The translations under genes were made by a program, and so were the position numbers. 32,000 nt of DNA from Phycisphaera mikurensis NBRC 102666 (GTDB lineage Bacteria > Planctomycetota > Phycisphaerae > Phycisphaerales > Phycisphaeraceae): NCBI RefSeq assembly GCF_000284115.1, contig NC_017080.1:2340001-2372000 (forward strand), written 5' to 3'. Within the stretch, counting starts at the first letter, position 1; each line of letters begins with the position of its first letter. Positions 16,120 to 26,379 of the stretch are shown here, piece by piece. Under the pieces are notes generated by a model. It saw only the letters and a program-made list of their open reading frames with translations. It made no database searches and was not told the DNA's origin.

Positions 16120-17457
16120 GTGGATGCCGCACCGCTGGAGCCGGCCGTCGTCAACGATCAGCAGTCGCGGCTGAACCGCACGCGGGTGGCCGGGGTCCTG
16201 CGGCCGCGATCGATCGAGGAGATCCGCGACGCGCTCCGCCTCGCCGAGCGGCGGAGCCTGGTGGTCGCGATCTGCGGCGGAGGCCACGCGATGGGCGGCC
16301 AACAGTTCGCGACCGACGGGTTGCTTTTGGACCTCAGTGGCTTCGCGGAGGTGCTCGGACTCGACGCCGCCGCGGGCCTCGTCCGCGTGCAGGCTGGCAT
16401 CCGCTGGCCGGCGTTGATGCAGAAGCTCGACGCGCTCCAGGTCGGCAATCCGCGGCCGTGGTGCATCCGGCAGAAGCAGACCGGCGTGGATCAGGTGAGC
16501 CTCGGCGGCTCGGTGGCGGCCAACGCCCACGGTCGCGGGCTCGACCTGCCGCCGCTGGTGGAGGACGTGGAGTCCCTCACGCTGATGGACGCCCGGGGCG
16601 ATCTGCACCGCTGCTCGCGGGCGGAGAACCCGGATCTCTTCGCCCTGGCCGTCGGCGGGTACGGCTGCTTCGGCCCCGTCGTGGAGGTGGAGCTGCGGCT
16701 GGCACGCCGGCGGACGGTGCAGCGGCGGGTCGCGGCCATTGCGGTGCCCGACCTGGTCGGTCTCGCCCGCGAGCGGCTCGCGGAGGGCGCGGTCTACGGC
16801 GACTGCCAGTACGCCACGCACCTCAGCGGCCCCGCGGACGAGCATCCGGGCATCCTGTCCGTGTACCACCCGGTCGAAGGCGAGCCGGACGCGGACGACC
16901 CCACGCTGAACCTCTCGGCCGACCGCTGGACCGAGCTCATCCGCCTGGCCCGCCGCGACAAGGCGCGGGCCTTCGAGTTCTACCGCGAGCACTACCTGCG
17001 GACCGACGGCCGCCGCTACGCCTCCGACCGGCACCAGCTCTCGCCGGTGTTCGACGGCTACCTCGCGGCCGTGGAGACCGACGGGCAGCGGCCCCGCGGC
17101 ACCGAGATGATCACCGAGGTGTACGTCGAGCCCGAGCGGCTCATGGATCTGCTCGCGGCCTGCCGGGCCGACTTCGCCCGCCACGGCGTGGACATGACCT
17201 ACGGCACGATCCGCCTGATCGAGCCCGATGCGATCACTTTCCTGCCTTGGGCGACGCGGCGGTGGGCGTGCGTGGTGGTCAACCTGCACGTCCGGCACGA
17301 CGCCGCAGGCATCGACGCGGTGCGGGGCCACTTCCGCCGGATCCTCGACCGCACCGTGGAGCACGGCGGCAGCTTCTACCTGACGTACCACCGCTGGGCC
17401 GAGCGGGAGCACCTCGACGCCGCGTACCCGCAGATGCCCGAGTGGCTGGCGCTGTAG
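16120..17457 (+). CDS. FAD-binding oxidoreductase (GTG start)
   Basis: RPRSIEEIRDALRLAERRSLVVAICGGGHAMGGQQFATDGLLLDLSGF...VRVQAGIRWPALM...QTGVDQVSLGGSVAANAHGRGLDLPPLVEDVES. Confidence 0.88.
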   Translation: MDAAPLEPAVVNDQQSRLNRTRVAGVLRPRSIEEIRDALRLAERRSLVVAICGGGHAMGGQQFATDGLLLDLSGFAEVLGLDAAAGLVRVQAGIRWPALMQKLDALQVGNPRPWCIRQKQTGVDQVSLGGSVAANAHGRGLDLPPLVEDVESLTLMDARGDLHRCSRAENPDLFALAVGGYGCFGPVVEVELRLARRRTVQRRVAAIAVPDLVGLARERLAEGAVYGDCQYATHLSGPADEHPGILSVYHPVEGEPDADDPTLNLSADRWTELIRLARRDKARAFEFYREHYLRTDGRRYASDRHQLSPVFDGYLAAVETDGQRPRGTEMITEVYVEPERLMDLLAACRADFARHGVDMTYGTIRLIEPDAITFLPWATRRWACVVVNLHVRHDAAGIDAVRGHFRRILDRTVEHGGSFYLTYHRWAEREHLDAAYPQMPEWLAL

Positions 17458-17856
17458 CGTCGGCACGACCCGATGGAACGCTTCGCCAGCGATTGGTACC
17501 GGCACCTCAAGTCGCTTTACCCCGAGGTCGGCGGATGAGCGACCCGGCCCGCTCCCGCGGGCACCGGTGATTGGCCGCCGCGCTGGCGGTGCTCGCTGCC
17601 CTCTCCGCGGCAGGGGTGGCCGGGCAGGCGTGGGTGGGGTTTGCCGACGACGCCACGCTCGCGGCGGTGCTGCCGATGGAGGCTTGGCACGCGGGCCTGG
17701 TGCCGGTGCTGGTCCATCAGGTGCTGTCGGGATCCCGGGGTGCGGCCGTCGCGGCTCGGGCGACGCACCCGGTGCCCGCCTGCGCTGCGTGGGGCCTCTA
17801 CAGTGAGACCGCGTCGGCTCGAACCGGCTGCACCCGCAGAAACTCCCGCCGTTCCC

Positions 17857-19473
17857 ATGCTCCAACGCTTCCTGCCGCTGCTGCTCGTCCCGCTCCTGCT
17901 GGTCTCGCCGGCCCCCGCCGACGCCCAGAGCGCATCGGCGGAGGAGGACCGGCCCGACGTGCCCGCCCCCGACCCGACGGCGGAGAACGACCCGTTCTTC
18001 GAGCGGGTGTTTGCGGAGGCGGAGGCGCTCGCGGCGTCGCCGTACGAGAAGCCCGGCCCGCCGGTGCCGCCGGCGTTGAAGGCCCTGCCGGACCACGCGA
18101 CCAAGCTGATCACCTTCAAGCCGCAGAACTCGCTCTGGAGCGAGCCGGGGCTGGCCTTCCGGGCCCGGCTGTTCCACCGGGGCAGCTGGTTCAACGCGCC
18201 GGTGCAGATCTTCGAGCTCGAGAACGGCGAGCCGCGGCTGATCGCGTACGACGCGGAGGACTTCGACATGCGGGGGGTCGACCTCGACCCGACCGGCTTC
18301 CCCGACGACCTGGGCTACGCCGGCGCGAGCTTCTACTTCCGCTCGGCGGACATGGCCAGCTTCGAGGAGAAGCTGTCGTTCCTGGGCGCCTCCTACTTCC
18401 GAGCCGTCAGCGACGGGCACCACTGGGGCTCGTCCGGACGCGGCCTCTCGATCAACACCGCCGAGAGCGCGTACCCCGAGGAGTTCCCCGACTTCACGAA
18501 GTTCTGGCTGGTGAAGCCGACGCCGCAGGACCGCGAGATGACGGTCTACGCCCTGCTCAACGGCGAGTCGGTGACCGGGGCGTACCGCTTCGACGTCTCC
18601 TCCGACCGCTTCACCGTGGTGCGGATCCGGGCGTCGCTGGTCTTCCGCCGCGACGTGGAGAAGCCGGGCTTCGCGCCGCTCACCAGCATGTTCCTCATGG
18701 GCGAGGAGGAGCCGGGCCGCTTCGGGGACTGGCGGCCGGAGGTGCACGATGCCGACGGGCTGCTGATGATGACCCGCGGCGGCGAGTCGATTTGGCGGCC
18801 GCTGGACAACCCGGGCCGGGATCCCTCGGGCAGCCGGATCTCGCGCTACGCGATGGAGGACCCCCGCGGCTTCGGGCTGATCCAGCGGGACCGGGAGTTC
18901 GACCACTACCAGGACCTCGACCTCCGCTATCACCTGCGGCCGAGCGTGTGGGTGCAGGCCGGCGACGATTGGGGCGCGGGCTCGGTCGAGCTGGTCGAGT
19001 TCCACTCCGGCGACGAGGACTTCGACAACCTGGCCGCCTATTGGGTGCCCGACGACAAGAGCCGCTTCTCCCCGGGCCTGCGCTTCGACATCCACTACGC
19101 CCTCTGGTTCTGCGACGACCACCCGCCGGTGCCCTCGGGCGGCCGCTTCGTGGACACCAAGCGGGGCCTGCCCAACGCGCTGTTCCCCAAGAAGATCAAC
19201 CCCGGCGCACTCCGTTTCGTGCTCGAAGCCCGCGGCGGGGGCCTGGACGACGTCCACGCCGGCGTGCCGGAGGCGGTGCTCAGCGCCGACGGCGGCGAGA
19301 TCCTCGGCGAGCCCGTGGTCGTCCGCAACGATCCCGGCGGGACCTGGCGGGTGAGCTTCGACGTGCGGAAGGTCGGCGACGAAGAGCCGCTGACGATGCG
19401 GTGCTACCTCCGCCGCGGGGAGGACGCGTTGACGGAGACGTGGATCTACCGCTGGGACGGCGGCACCCCGTGA
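17857..19473 (+). CDS. opgG: Glucan biosynthesis protein G (OpgG/MdoG family)
   Basis: FFERVFAEAEALAASPYE...YGASYFRAVS-like FLGASYFRAVSDGHHWGSSGRGLSINTA...EEFPDFTKFWLVKP...YALLNGESVTGAYRF; signal peptide. Confidence 0.92.
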   Translation: MLQRFLPLLLVPLLLVSPAPADAQSASAEEDRPDVPAPDPTAENDPFFERVFAEAEALAASPYEKPGPPVPPALKALPDHATKLITFKPQNSLWSEPGLAFRARLFHRGSWFNAPVQIFELENGEPRLIAYDAEDFDMRGVDLDPTGFPDDLGYAGASFYFRSADMASFEEKLSFLGASYFRAVSDGHHWGSSGRGLSINTAESAYPEEFPDFTKFWLVKPTPQDREMTVYALLNGESVTGAYRFDVSSDRFTVVRIRASLVFRRDVEKPGFAPLTSMFLMGEEEPGRFGDWRPEVHDADGLLMMTRGGESIWRPLDNPGRDPSGSRISRYAMEDPRGFGLIQRDREFDHYQDLDLRYHLRPSVWVQAGDDWGAGSVELVEFHSGDEDFDNLAAYWVPDDKSRFSPGLRFDIHYALWFCDDHPPVPSGGRFVDTKRGLPNALFPKKINPGALRFVLEARGGGLDDVHAGVPEAVLSADGGEILGEPVVVRNDPGGTWRVSFDVRKVGDEEPLTMRCYLRRGEDALTETWIYRWDGGTP

Positions 19474-20003
19474 GCGGCGACGCCACGCCGGGGCAGGAGG
19501 CCCCGAAGCGGCCGGCCCCGGCGACGCGGCGGGCCAAGCGGCTGCGCGGCTGGCTGATCGCCGCGGGGCTGGCGGAGGTGGCCGCGGCGAAGCGGCTGGC
19601 CCGCGCGCTGATCGATGCCGAGGGGGAGCACGACGCCTCGGCCTGGATCGACCGGATCGAGGCGCGGCTGCCACGCGAGAACGCGGGGGCGTGGCTGTCG
19701 GGCCTCGCGGCCGCGGACCGCCCGGCGGAAACGCTCCAGGAGACCCCGGTCCGCGGCCCGGCCGGGGTCGGCACCGACGGCGGCGGCACCGACGGCGGCG
19801 GCGTGCCGCTGCTGCCGCCAACGCGTCCCTCCGAGATGAAGCGGCAGCCGCTGGGGCGGCTGCCGGCGGTGCTGCGGGGCGGGGCCTGGGTGCTGGCGAA
19901 CCGCTGGTCGCTGCCCAACCGGGTGGGCCCGCGGATCTCGCGGAGCCTCTGGATGGGGCGGAGCGTGCCCAGCGACCCGACGCCGCCGTCCGCCGCCGAG
20001 TGA
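19470..20003 (+). CDS. Hypothetical protein between opgG and opgH (GTG start overlapping the opgG stop)
   Basis: Open frame, translationally coupled GTGA arrangement; no recognised domain. Confidence 0.5.
   Translation: MSGDATPGQEAPKRPAPATRRAKRLRGWLIAAGLAEVAAAKRLARALIDAEGEHDASAWIDRIEARLPRENAGAWLSGLAAADRPAETLQETPVRGPAGVGTDGGGTDGGGVPLLPPTRPSEMKRQPLGRLPAVLRGGAWVLANRWSLPNRVGPRISRSLWMGRSVPSDPTPPSAAE
19711..19756. repeat. 46-bp bipartite palindromic element (copy g, inside ORF 19470-20003)
   Basis: ccgcggaccg 19711-19720, cggtccgcgg 19747-19756, N26. Confidence 0.9.
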
Positions 20004-20073
20004 ACCCGGCGGGCCGCGTCGCGCCGCCGCGTGCCGTCGTAAGCTCCGCCGCCGACTCGCTCCCGCAGACGCT

Positions 20074-22323
20074 TTGCCCCAACGCCCCTTCAACGCGCTC
20101 GCCGTCTTCTCGCGGACCGGCCTGCTGATCGCCACCTTCGCCACGACGTGGCTTGGTTCGGTGGCCTTCGGTCGCGTGATCTTCGCGGGCGGGCTGCCGG
20201 GGCTGGAGGGCGTGCCGCTGGCTTGGGACCGCCCGCTGTTCTGGCTGTTGCTGGTGCTGTGGTTCCTCTTCACGGTGCTGCTGCTGTGGGTCGCGCAGGG
20301 CTTCTGGACGGCGACCATCGGGCTGCTGCACATGCTGAGGGCTTCGCCGATGAGCATCGTGCCGGTCCGCCGCAGAGCGGCGCGGGTGCTGCCGCCGTCG
20401 CAGCTGCCCACCGCCGCGATCGTGATGCCGATCTACAACGAGGACCCGACGCGGGTTTTCGCGGGGCTGGAGGCGATGATCCGCGACGTCGCCGCCCAGG
20501 GCTACACGCAGGCCTTCGATTGGTTCATCCTCTCGGACACCCGCGACCCGGCGGTGTGGGTGCGGGAGGAGGTCCACTTCGCGGCGCTGCGGTCGGTGCT
20601 GGCCGGCATCCGCACCGCCGGCACGGCGGACGGGAAGGCGCCGCCGGTGCCGAGGATCCACTACCGCCGTCGGCACCGCAACACGAGCCGCAAAAGCGGA
20701 AACCTCGAGAATTTCTGCCACTTCTGGGGGGCGAAGTACGACTCGATGCTCGTGCTCGACGCCGATTCGGTGATGTCCGGCCGCACGATCGTGGAGATGA
20801 GCCAGCGGATGGCGGCGGAGCCCGACATCGGCATCCTCCAGGCGCCGCCCACGCCGGTGGGGCGGCTCTCGCTGTTCGCCCGCTGCCAGCAGTTCGCCAG
20901 CCGCGTGTACGGCGAGGTCTTCACGACCGGCTTCGGCGTGTGGACGCACAGCGACGGCAACTACTACGGGCACAACGCCTTCCTGCGGCTGGAGCCGTTC
21001 ATGGAGAGCTGCGGCCTGCCGATCCTCCCCGGCAAGGCGCCGCTGGGCGGAGAGATCCTCAGCCACGACTTCGTGGAGGCGGCGTTGATGCGGAAAGCCG
21101 GCTACCGCGTCGTCGTCGCCTACGACCTCGGCGGCAGCTACGAGGAGTGCCCGACGACGCTGGTGGACTTCGCCCAGCGCGACCAGCGGTGGTGCCAGGG
21201 CAACATGCAGCACGTGCGGCTGGTCTTCGCCGCCGGCTTCCACCCGCTCAGCCGCGTGCACCTGGGCATGGGCGTGATGAGCTACCTCGCCGCCCCCCTG
21301 TGGATGATCTTCATGATCATCGGCGTCGTCGCCGCCGGCGTCGCGCGCTTCGCGGGCAGCGACGGCGTCGTGGCGGACGAGGTCACCCGGCAGCGTCTGA
21401 TCACCGGGCCCATCACGCCGCACCTCATCGGCATCGGGCTCTTCGTGCTCGTGATGCTGATGCTGCTGATCCCCAAGGGCTACGCGGTGCTGCTGCTGCT
21501 GCAGCGGCCCAAGCTGCTCAAGGCGCACGGCGGCGAGGTCGCCACCGTGCTCTCGGCGCTCCTGGAGGTCGCGGTCTCGGTGCTGATCGCGCCGCTGATG
21601 ATGGTCTACCACACGCGCTTCGTCTTCTCGACGCTCGCGGGCCGCACCGTCACGTGGGGCAAGCAGAACCGCGACGAGTCGGCCGCGAGCTGGGGCCGCG
21701 CCTGGCGGGACCACCGCCACCACATGCTGCTGGGCCTGACCGCGACGCTGGTGGTGGTGCTGGTCGCGCCCGCTCTGCTCGGCTGGACGGCCCCGGTCCT
21801 GGTCGGCCTCGTGCTCGCGGTCCCGCTGTGCTGGCTGCTCTCCAGCGCGAGAGTCGGCACGGCCCTGCGGGACGTCGGCTTGCTGCTGATCCCCGAGGAG
21901 GCGCTGACGCCGCGGATCCTGCGGCGGGCGAACGTGGCGATGCGGCGGACGCAGCGGCTCAGCGATCACCTCGACGGCGAGGCGGTCGCCGAGGTCGACC
22001 GCCTCGTCGCCGACCCGACCCTGCTGCGGCTGCACACCGATCTGCTGGCGGCCAACCCCGAGCCTCTCCCCGCCCCCGAGGGCGTGGACACCGAGCAGGC
22101 CGCCGTTCGAGCCGCCACCGACGGCCTCGCCTCCCTGGAGCGGGCCGAGCAGAACGCGCTGCTGAGCGATCCGCTGCTGCTCGGGCGTCTGCACCGCGCG
22201 GCGTGGTCCCGCTGGCCGGCGAAGCGCCTGGCCGCGGTCACCGCCGAGCCGCTGCCGGCGATGCTGGAGCGCTGCCGCCGCGGGCGTCGCGGACCGCTGC
22301 GGGAGCGGCGCCGCGCGGCCTGA
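20074..22323 (+). CDS. opgH: Glucans biosynthesis glucosyltransferase H (OpgH/MdoH family)
   Basis: TAAIVMPIYNEDPTRVFAGLEAM...YRRRHRNTSRKSGNLENFCHFWGAKYDSMLVLDADSVMSG...GHNAFLRLEPFMESCGLP...GEILSHDFVEAALMRKAGY...QRDQRWCQGNMQH. Confidence 0.96.
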   Translation: MPQRPFNALAVFSRTGLLIATFATTWLGSVAFGRVIFAGGLPGLEGVPLAWDRPLFWLLLVLWFLFTVLLLWVAQGFWTATIGLLHMLRASPMSIVPVRRRAARVLPPSQLPTAAIVMPIYNEDPTRVFAGLEAMIRDVAAQGYTQAFDWFILSDTRDPAVWVREEVHFAALRSVLAGIRTAGTADGKAPPVPRIHYRRRHRNTSRKSGNLENFCHFWGAKYDSMLVLDADSVMSGRTIVEMSQRMAAEPDIGILQAPPTPVGRLSLFARCQQFASRVYGEVFTTGFGVWTHSDGNYYGHNAFLRLEPFMESCGLPILPGKAPLGGEILSHDFVEAALMRKAGYRVVVAYDLGGSYEECPTTLVDFAQRDQRWCQGNMQHVRLVFAAGFHPLSRVHLGMGVMSYLAAPLWMIFMIIGVVAAGVARFAGSDGVVADEVTRQRLITGPITPHLIGIGLFVLVMLMLLIPKGYAVLLLLQRPKLLKAHGGEVATVLSALLEVAVSVLIAPLMMVYHTRFVFSTLAGRTVTWGKQNRDESAASWGRAWRDHRHHMLLGLTATLVVVLVAPALLGWTAPVLVGLVLAVPLCWLLSSARVGTALRDVGLLLIPEEALTPRILRRANVAMRRTQRLSDHLDGEAVAEVDRLVADPTLLRLHTDLLAANPEPLPAPEGVDTEQAAVRAATDGLASLERAEQNALLSDPLLLGRLHRAAWSRWPAKRLAAVTAEPLPAMLERCRRGRRGPLRERRRAA

Positions 22324-22360
22324 GCATGGGGGCCCGCCGCCGGCGTCTCTCGCGAAACCG

Positions 22361-23158
22361 TCAAGGGGCCCGCAGCAGCGCCGGCGGCGGCGCTTCCGCC
22401 TGCAGGCCGAAAGACTCCGCCTGGATCCTCCAGGCGTGCAGCCCCAGCCGTGGCGCCTCGGGCCCGCGGTAGAGCCAGTCGCCGACCACGGGGTGGCCGA
22501 GGTGGGCGAGCCCGGCGCGGACCTGGTGGAGGAAGCCGGTCTCCAGGTCCACACGCAGCACACTCTGGGCGGTCTGCTCGTCCCAGTGATGCTCCGACCA
22601 GGACATGGCGGTGGCGTGGCCGCGACCGTCGGCCGAACCCACCACCCCCGCCCGCGCGGGCCGGTGCTTCACGACCGCCATGGGGGCGTTCAGCCGGCCG
22701 GCGCCGGGGCGGCCGGCGACGCGGGCGAGGTAGGTCTTCCGCACCCGGTGCCGGGCGAAGGCGTCGCGCAGGGCGTCCCAGGCGTCGTCGGTGCGTGCCA
22801 GCACGACGCACCCGCTGGTGACGCCGTCGATCCGGTGAACGACCCCGCTGCGCAGCGGCCCCTCGCGGCCGACCCCCCCGCCACGCAGCAGCTCCGGGTA
22901 CCGGCCGGCGGCGGCCTGGAGCAGCGTGCCCGCCTCCTCGATCTTCAACGGGTGGACGTCCTGACCCGCCGGCTTGTCGAGCACGGCCCAGCCCGCGGCG
23001 GGGTCCTCGGCGAGCACCGCGAGCGGCGCCTCCGGCGTCGGCCGCAGCCAGTCCGCGGCGTCCACCTCCAGGCGGTCCCCCGGGCGCAGCGTGGCCCCGC
23101 CCTTCCCGGTCGCCACGCCGCCGACCGCCACACGCCCCGCCTCCAACGCCAGCCGCAC
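22361..23158 (-). CDS. RluA-family pseudouridine synthase (5' part may extend slightly upstream)
   Basis: [13 protein letters not shown]...[45 protein letters not shown]...[27 protein letters not shown]. Confidence 0.88.
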   Translation of the reverse strand: MRLALEAGRVAVGGVATGKGGATLRPGDRLEVDAADWLRPTPEAPLAVLAEDPAAGWAVLDKPAGQDVHPLKIEEAGTLLQAAAGRYPELLRGGGVGREGPLRSGVVHRIDGVTSGCVVLARTDDAWDALRDAFARHRVRKTYLARVAGRPGAGRLNAPMAVVKHRPARAGVVGSADGRGHATAMSWSEHHWDEQTAQSVLRVDLETGFLHQVRAGLAHLGHPVVGDWLYRGPEAPRLGLHAWRIQAESFGLQAEAPPPALLRAP

Positions 23159-23247
23159 GCGCGACCGCGACCAGCCGAGGCGGCGGCCGACCTCGACGTC
23201 CAGCCGCCCCGCCGCCTCCGCCGCCCAGCGCTCTGGCTCCGACCGCT

Positions 23248-23871
23248 TCAGAAGGTGAACCGCAGCCCGATCTCGCCGGCGTGCGTGATCCCGTTGTCGA
23301 GGTCGAACTCGGCGTCGCCGGACTCCAGCGAGGCGTCGGCGGTGGTGAAGCCGCGGTAGCCGACCAGGAAGGTCAGGTTCCGCGTGAGCTCGACCGAGAC
23401 GCCGGCCATCGCCTGCCCGGCGGCGACCCAGTCGTCGTCGTCGCCCGCGGCGGTGTCGACGGCGACCCGGGCGATCCCGACGCCGACGCCGCCGTAGAGC
23501 CCCAGCCGGTCGCTGAGCCCGGGGACGGGGAAGTCGAAGAACAGGTTCGCCATGAAGGCCTCGGTGTCGAACTCGGCGTCGTCCTCGATGCGTGCCCCGC
23601 CGAAGTCGATGGCGTCGGAGTCGAAGCCGCGGGCCGACAGCTCTCCCTCCAGCCGGAGGTAGCCGAAGTCGTAGCCGGCGGAGAAGCCGCCGCCGAGGCC
23701 GGTGTCGTAGTCGAGGTCGCTGGCGAAGCCCTCGGCGTCGGTCTCGGCGTCCTCGGGCAGCTGAGCCCCGAGGAAGGCGCCGACGTAGAAGCCCGGCAGC
23801 GGCGCGGCGTGCGCGGCGGCGGGAGCGATGGACAGGAGGAGCACGGCGGGCAGGCGGCGGGTCGGCATCAT
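23248..23871 (-). CDS. Outer-membrane beta-barrel protein
   Basis: Signal peptide [16 protein letters not shown]; [12 protein letters not shown]...[20 protein letters not shown]...[14 protein letters not shown]...[10 protein letters not shown]...[11 protein letters not shown]. Confidence 0.82.
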   Translation of the reverse strand: MMPTRRLPAVLLLSIAPAAAHAAPLPGFYVGAFLGAQLPEDAETDAEGFASDLDYDTGLGGGFSAGYDFGYLRLEGELSARGFDSDAIDFGGARIEDDAEFDTEAFMANLFFDFPVPGLSDRLGLYGGVGVGIARVAVDTAAGDDDDWVAAGQAMAGVSVELTRNLTFLVGYRGFTTADASLESGDAEFDLDNGITHAGEIGLRFTF

Positions 23872-23891
23872 CGCGACGTTATCGGCCGCCG

Positions 23892-23937
23892 CCGCGGACC
23901 GCAGCGCAAATTCACCGACGGACTCCGCGGTCCGCGG
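23892..23937. repeat. 46-bp bipartite palindromic element (copy h, intergenic)
   Basis: ccgcggaccg 23892-23901, cggtccgcgg 23928-23937, N26. Confidence 0.9.
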
Positions 23938-23946
23938 ATCCGGGCT

Positions 23947-25629
23947 TCAGTCGTCGCCCAGGGAAGCCGCCGCCTCGTACAGCCCCACCTCGCGGAAGGC
24001 CGTCGCCGTGCCCAGCGCGTTGGCGTGCCGCTGCGTGTGGTGCATCCAGTCCGAGACCGCCGCCTGCAGCAGCCGCCGGGCGGCGTCGGCCGTCGCGGCG
24101 CCCGGCTTCTCGCGGTGACGCCGCCGCGCCACCAGCCCGGCGGTGAGGTGGTGAAAGCAGCGGAACAGCGACTCGGTGTAGATCAGCGTCCCGATGAGAG
24201 GCTTGAGCTTCCGGGCGTCGGCGGCGCCGCCGGCCGCGGCCGCGGCCTGCAGGCGCAGCCGCATGCGCGTCGCGGTGGCCGCGGCTTCGGCCTTGGCGGT
24301 GACCGCCTGGTCGAGCAGGTCCTCCGGCAAGCGGTCGATCAGGATCGCCAGCTTCGTGACGTCGACCACGTCGTCGCTCACCCAGCGGCTCGTCGCCGGG
24401 CGGCTGCCCGCCACGTTCCGCCGCGCCGCGTGCCCGGGCCGGAAGTAGAACGCTTGCCGCACCATCTCCGTGGAGTCGTCCAACGCCTCCGCCACCGCGG
24501 CCGCGGCCGCGGCGCCCAGCCCCAGCCGCTGCGAGGCCCACGCCTCCGCCAGGCCGGCGGAGGGCTCGGGCTCCCCCCGCAGCAGCCGCTCCATCATCGG
24601 CGGCACCGCCCAGGCGTTCGCGTCGATCCAGACGGGGTCCGACACGAAGGGCCCGCCCCACCCGCCGCCGCGGACCCAGCTCATCACGCCCGCGAGGTTC
24701 ACCCGATCGTTGACCGCTCTGAGCCCGCCCGCGGGCGCGACGCCCTCGACCTGCAGGGGCGGGGCCCCGGCGTCGCCCTCCGCCCAGGTGGGCGGCAACC
24801 ACGCCGGGATGCCGCCTTTGCCCTCGTACTCCCGCTGGCACTGCAGCTCGTAGAGCACCGGCCAACGCCCCACCGCGAGCGACGACGCGTTCCAGGCCCG
24901 GTCGCGGCGGAAGTCGCCCGCGGTGTGCTTGAAGGAGAGGATCAGCCCGCCGTCCTCCGGCGCCCCGGGCAGGCCCGCGGCGATCTCGGCCGCGACCGCG
25001 GGGTCCTCGTGCATCAGCCCGTCGCCGAGGTTCCAGGCCCGCAGGATCAGCTTCCGGCCCCGCTGGGTCACGACCGCCTCGTGGAAACCGCGGACCAGGT
25101 CCAGCACCCGCTGCACCGGCCCGAGCGGCTCGCAGCGCCCGCAGTTGGGCTGGTAGACGTTCGACCCCACCAGGTGCGGCAGCTTGTTGACGTCCGAGTC
25201 GCCCACGCGCAGCACCAGACCCGCCGCCGCCGGCCAGCGCTCCAGCACCTCCACGCCCGCCGCCACGCAGGCGGCGATCATCGCCGGGCGCGCCGGGCAG
25301 AGGACGTCGGTGCGGCGGCGGCAGGTGAAGCGGTCGGGCCGCGCCGCCACCTGCCAGCGGGGCAGCGCGGGCGCGTCCACGCACAGCCACAACGCCACGC
25401 CCGCCGCCTCCGCTTCCGCCGCCTTCGCGTCGACCTCCTCGAGCAGGTGCTCGGCCCAGCGGCGGGTGTCCTCATCGGGCGCCGCGGTCGGATCCGTCAG
25501 ACCCAGCAGCGGGATCGTCTCGAAGATGACCACCCCGTCGTAGCCGAGCTCCGCCGCCTCCGCCGGCCGCACCTCACCCCCCGCGGGGGCGGGCTCGGCG
25601 GGGTTGCGGACGTTGGTGGCGAGCAGCAT
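23947..25629 (-). CDS. Large protein of unknown function
   Basis: MLLATNVRNPAEPAPAGGEVRPAEAAELGYDGVVIFETIPLLGLTD...KLILRAWNLGDGLMHEDPAVAAEI...; continuous frame in a plausible intergenic setting. Confidence 0.7.
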   Translation of the reverse strand: MLLATNVRNPAEPAPAGGEVRPAEAAELGYDGVVIFETIPLLGLTDPTAAPDEDTRRWAEHLLEEVDAKAAEAEAAGVALWLCVDAPALPRWQVAARPDRFTCRRRTDVLCPARPAMIAACVAAGVEVLERWPAAAGLVLRVGDSDVNKLPHLVGSNVYQPNCGRCEPLGPVQRVLDLVRGFHEAVVTQRGRKLILRAWNLGDGLMHEDPAVAAEIAAGLPGAPEDGGLILSFKHTAGDFRRDRAWNASSLAVGRWPVLYELQCQREYEGKGGIPAWLPPTWAEGDAGAPPLQVEGVAPAGGLRAVNDRVNLAGVMSWVRGGGWGGPFVSDPVWIDANAWAVPPMMERLLRGEPEPSAGLAEAWASQRLGLGAAAAAAVAEALDDSTEMVRQAFYFRPGHAARRNVAGSRPATSRWVSDDVVDVTKLAILIDRLPEDLLDQAVTAKAEAAATATRMRLRLQAAAAAGGAADARKLKPLIGTLIYTESLFRCFHHLTAGLVARRRHREKPGAATADAARRLLQAAVSDWMHHTQRHANALGTATAFREVGLYEAAASLGDD

Positions 25630-25725
25630 CGCGTCGTTTCTGCAGGCGTCCGCTCGCCATGAGCGCACTTCGAGGAGGCGCAGCCTATCCGCCGCGCAGC
25701 TCCCCGGCCGCGCTACCGTCCGTCC

Positions 25726-26148
25726 GTGCCCGCCACCGTCCACCCCCGCGAGCGTGACGTCTTCGACGGCCTCCTCGAGGAAGAGATCGAGGCCCTGCCG
25801 GCGCCCTGGACGGCGTGGCTGGAGGAGGTGGCGGTGATCGTCGAAGACCGCGTCCCGCCCGCCATCGCGGAGGACATGGGGCTGACCGCGGACGAGGCGG
25901 AGGGCTTGCTCGGGCTGCACACCGGGGTGCCGCTCACGGAGCGGAGCGTGGAGGATCCGGCGTCGCTGCCGCCGGAGGTCCGCCTCTTCCGCGCCGGCCT
26001 GCTCGCCCACGCCGGCTGGAGCCGCCGCCGCGACAGCCCCGCGACGCGGGCCCGCCTGGCCGAGCAGATCCGCGTCACGCTGCTGCACGAGCTGGGTCAC
26101 CACGCGGGGCTGGACGAGGACGACCTGGACGAGGCGGGGTACGGCTGA
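25726..26148 (+). CDS. Small zinc metallopeptidase (DUF1025/MPN-type), GTG start
   Basis: FDGLLEEEIEALPAPWTAWLEEVAVIVEDRVP...GLHTGVPLTERS...EQIRVTLLHELGHHAGLDEDDLDEAGYG. Confidence 0.88.
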   Translation: MPATVHPRERDVFDGLLEEEIEALPAPWTAWLEEVAVIVEDRVPPAIAEDMGLTADEAEGLLGLHTGVPLTERSVEDPASLPPEVRLFRAGLLAHAGWSRRRDSPATRARLAEQIRVTLLHELGHHAGLDEDDLDEAGYG

Positions 26149-26280
26149 GGGTGCCGGCTGCGCCGAGGAAGAGACGGGGTCAGCGGGGGGAAGAGACGAA
26201 GCGACGTTTGGAGGGGTGCCGCGGACCGGGGCTGCGTGGTTCGCGAAGGTCGGTGTCGCGGGGTCGGCCCGTGCGGGGTG

Positions 26281-26379
26281 AGAGACGAAGAGACGGAGTC
26301 AGCGGGAGGCGGGGGTGTCGGAAGCGGTCGGCGAAGCCGCCGCCCCTGCCTGTCTTCGTCTCTCCGTCTCTTCGTCTCT
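26281..26379. promoter_or_regulatory. Long-stem inverted repeat upstream of rlmN
   Basis: agagacgaagagacggag 26281-26298 pairs perfectly with ctccgtctcttcgtctct 26362-26379. Confidence 0.6.

Noticed and set aside
17571-20003. Single 810-aa ORF in frame with the opgG-opgH linker
   Set aside because: Most of it is out of frame with the well-supported opgG; only the 3' part from GTG 19470 is retained as a candidate.
15118-22563. 2481-aa minus-strand open frame
   Set aside because: Spurious: runs antisense through well-supported SOD, oxidoreductase, opgG and opgH genes; Arg/Pro/His-rich translation typical of high-GC shadow ORFs.
24668-25097. ccgcggaccc (24668) and ccgcggacca (25088) as element arms
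   Set aside because: No complementary arm at +26; likely codon-driven occurrences in a coding region.
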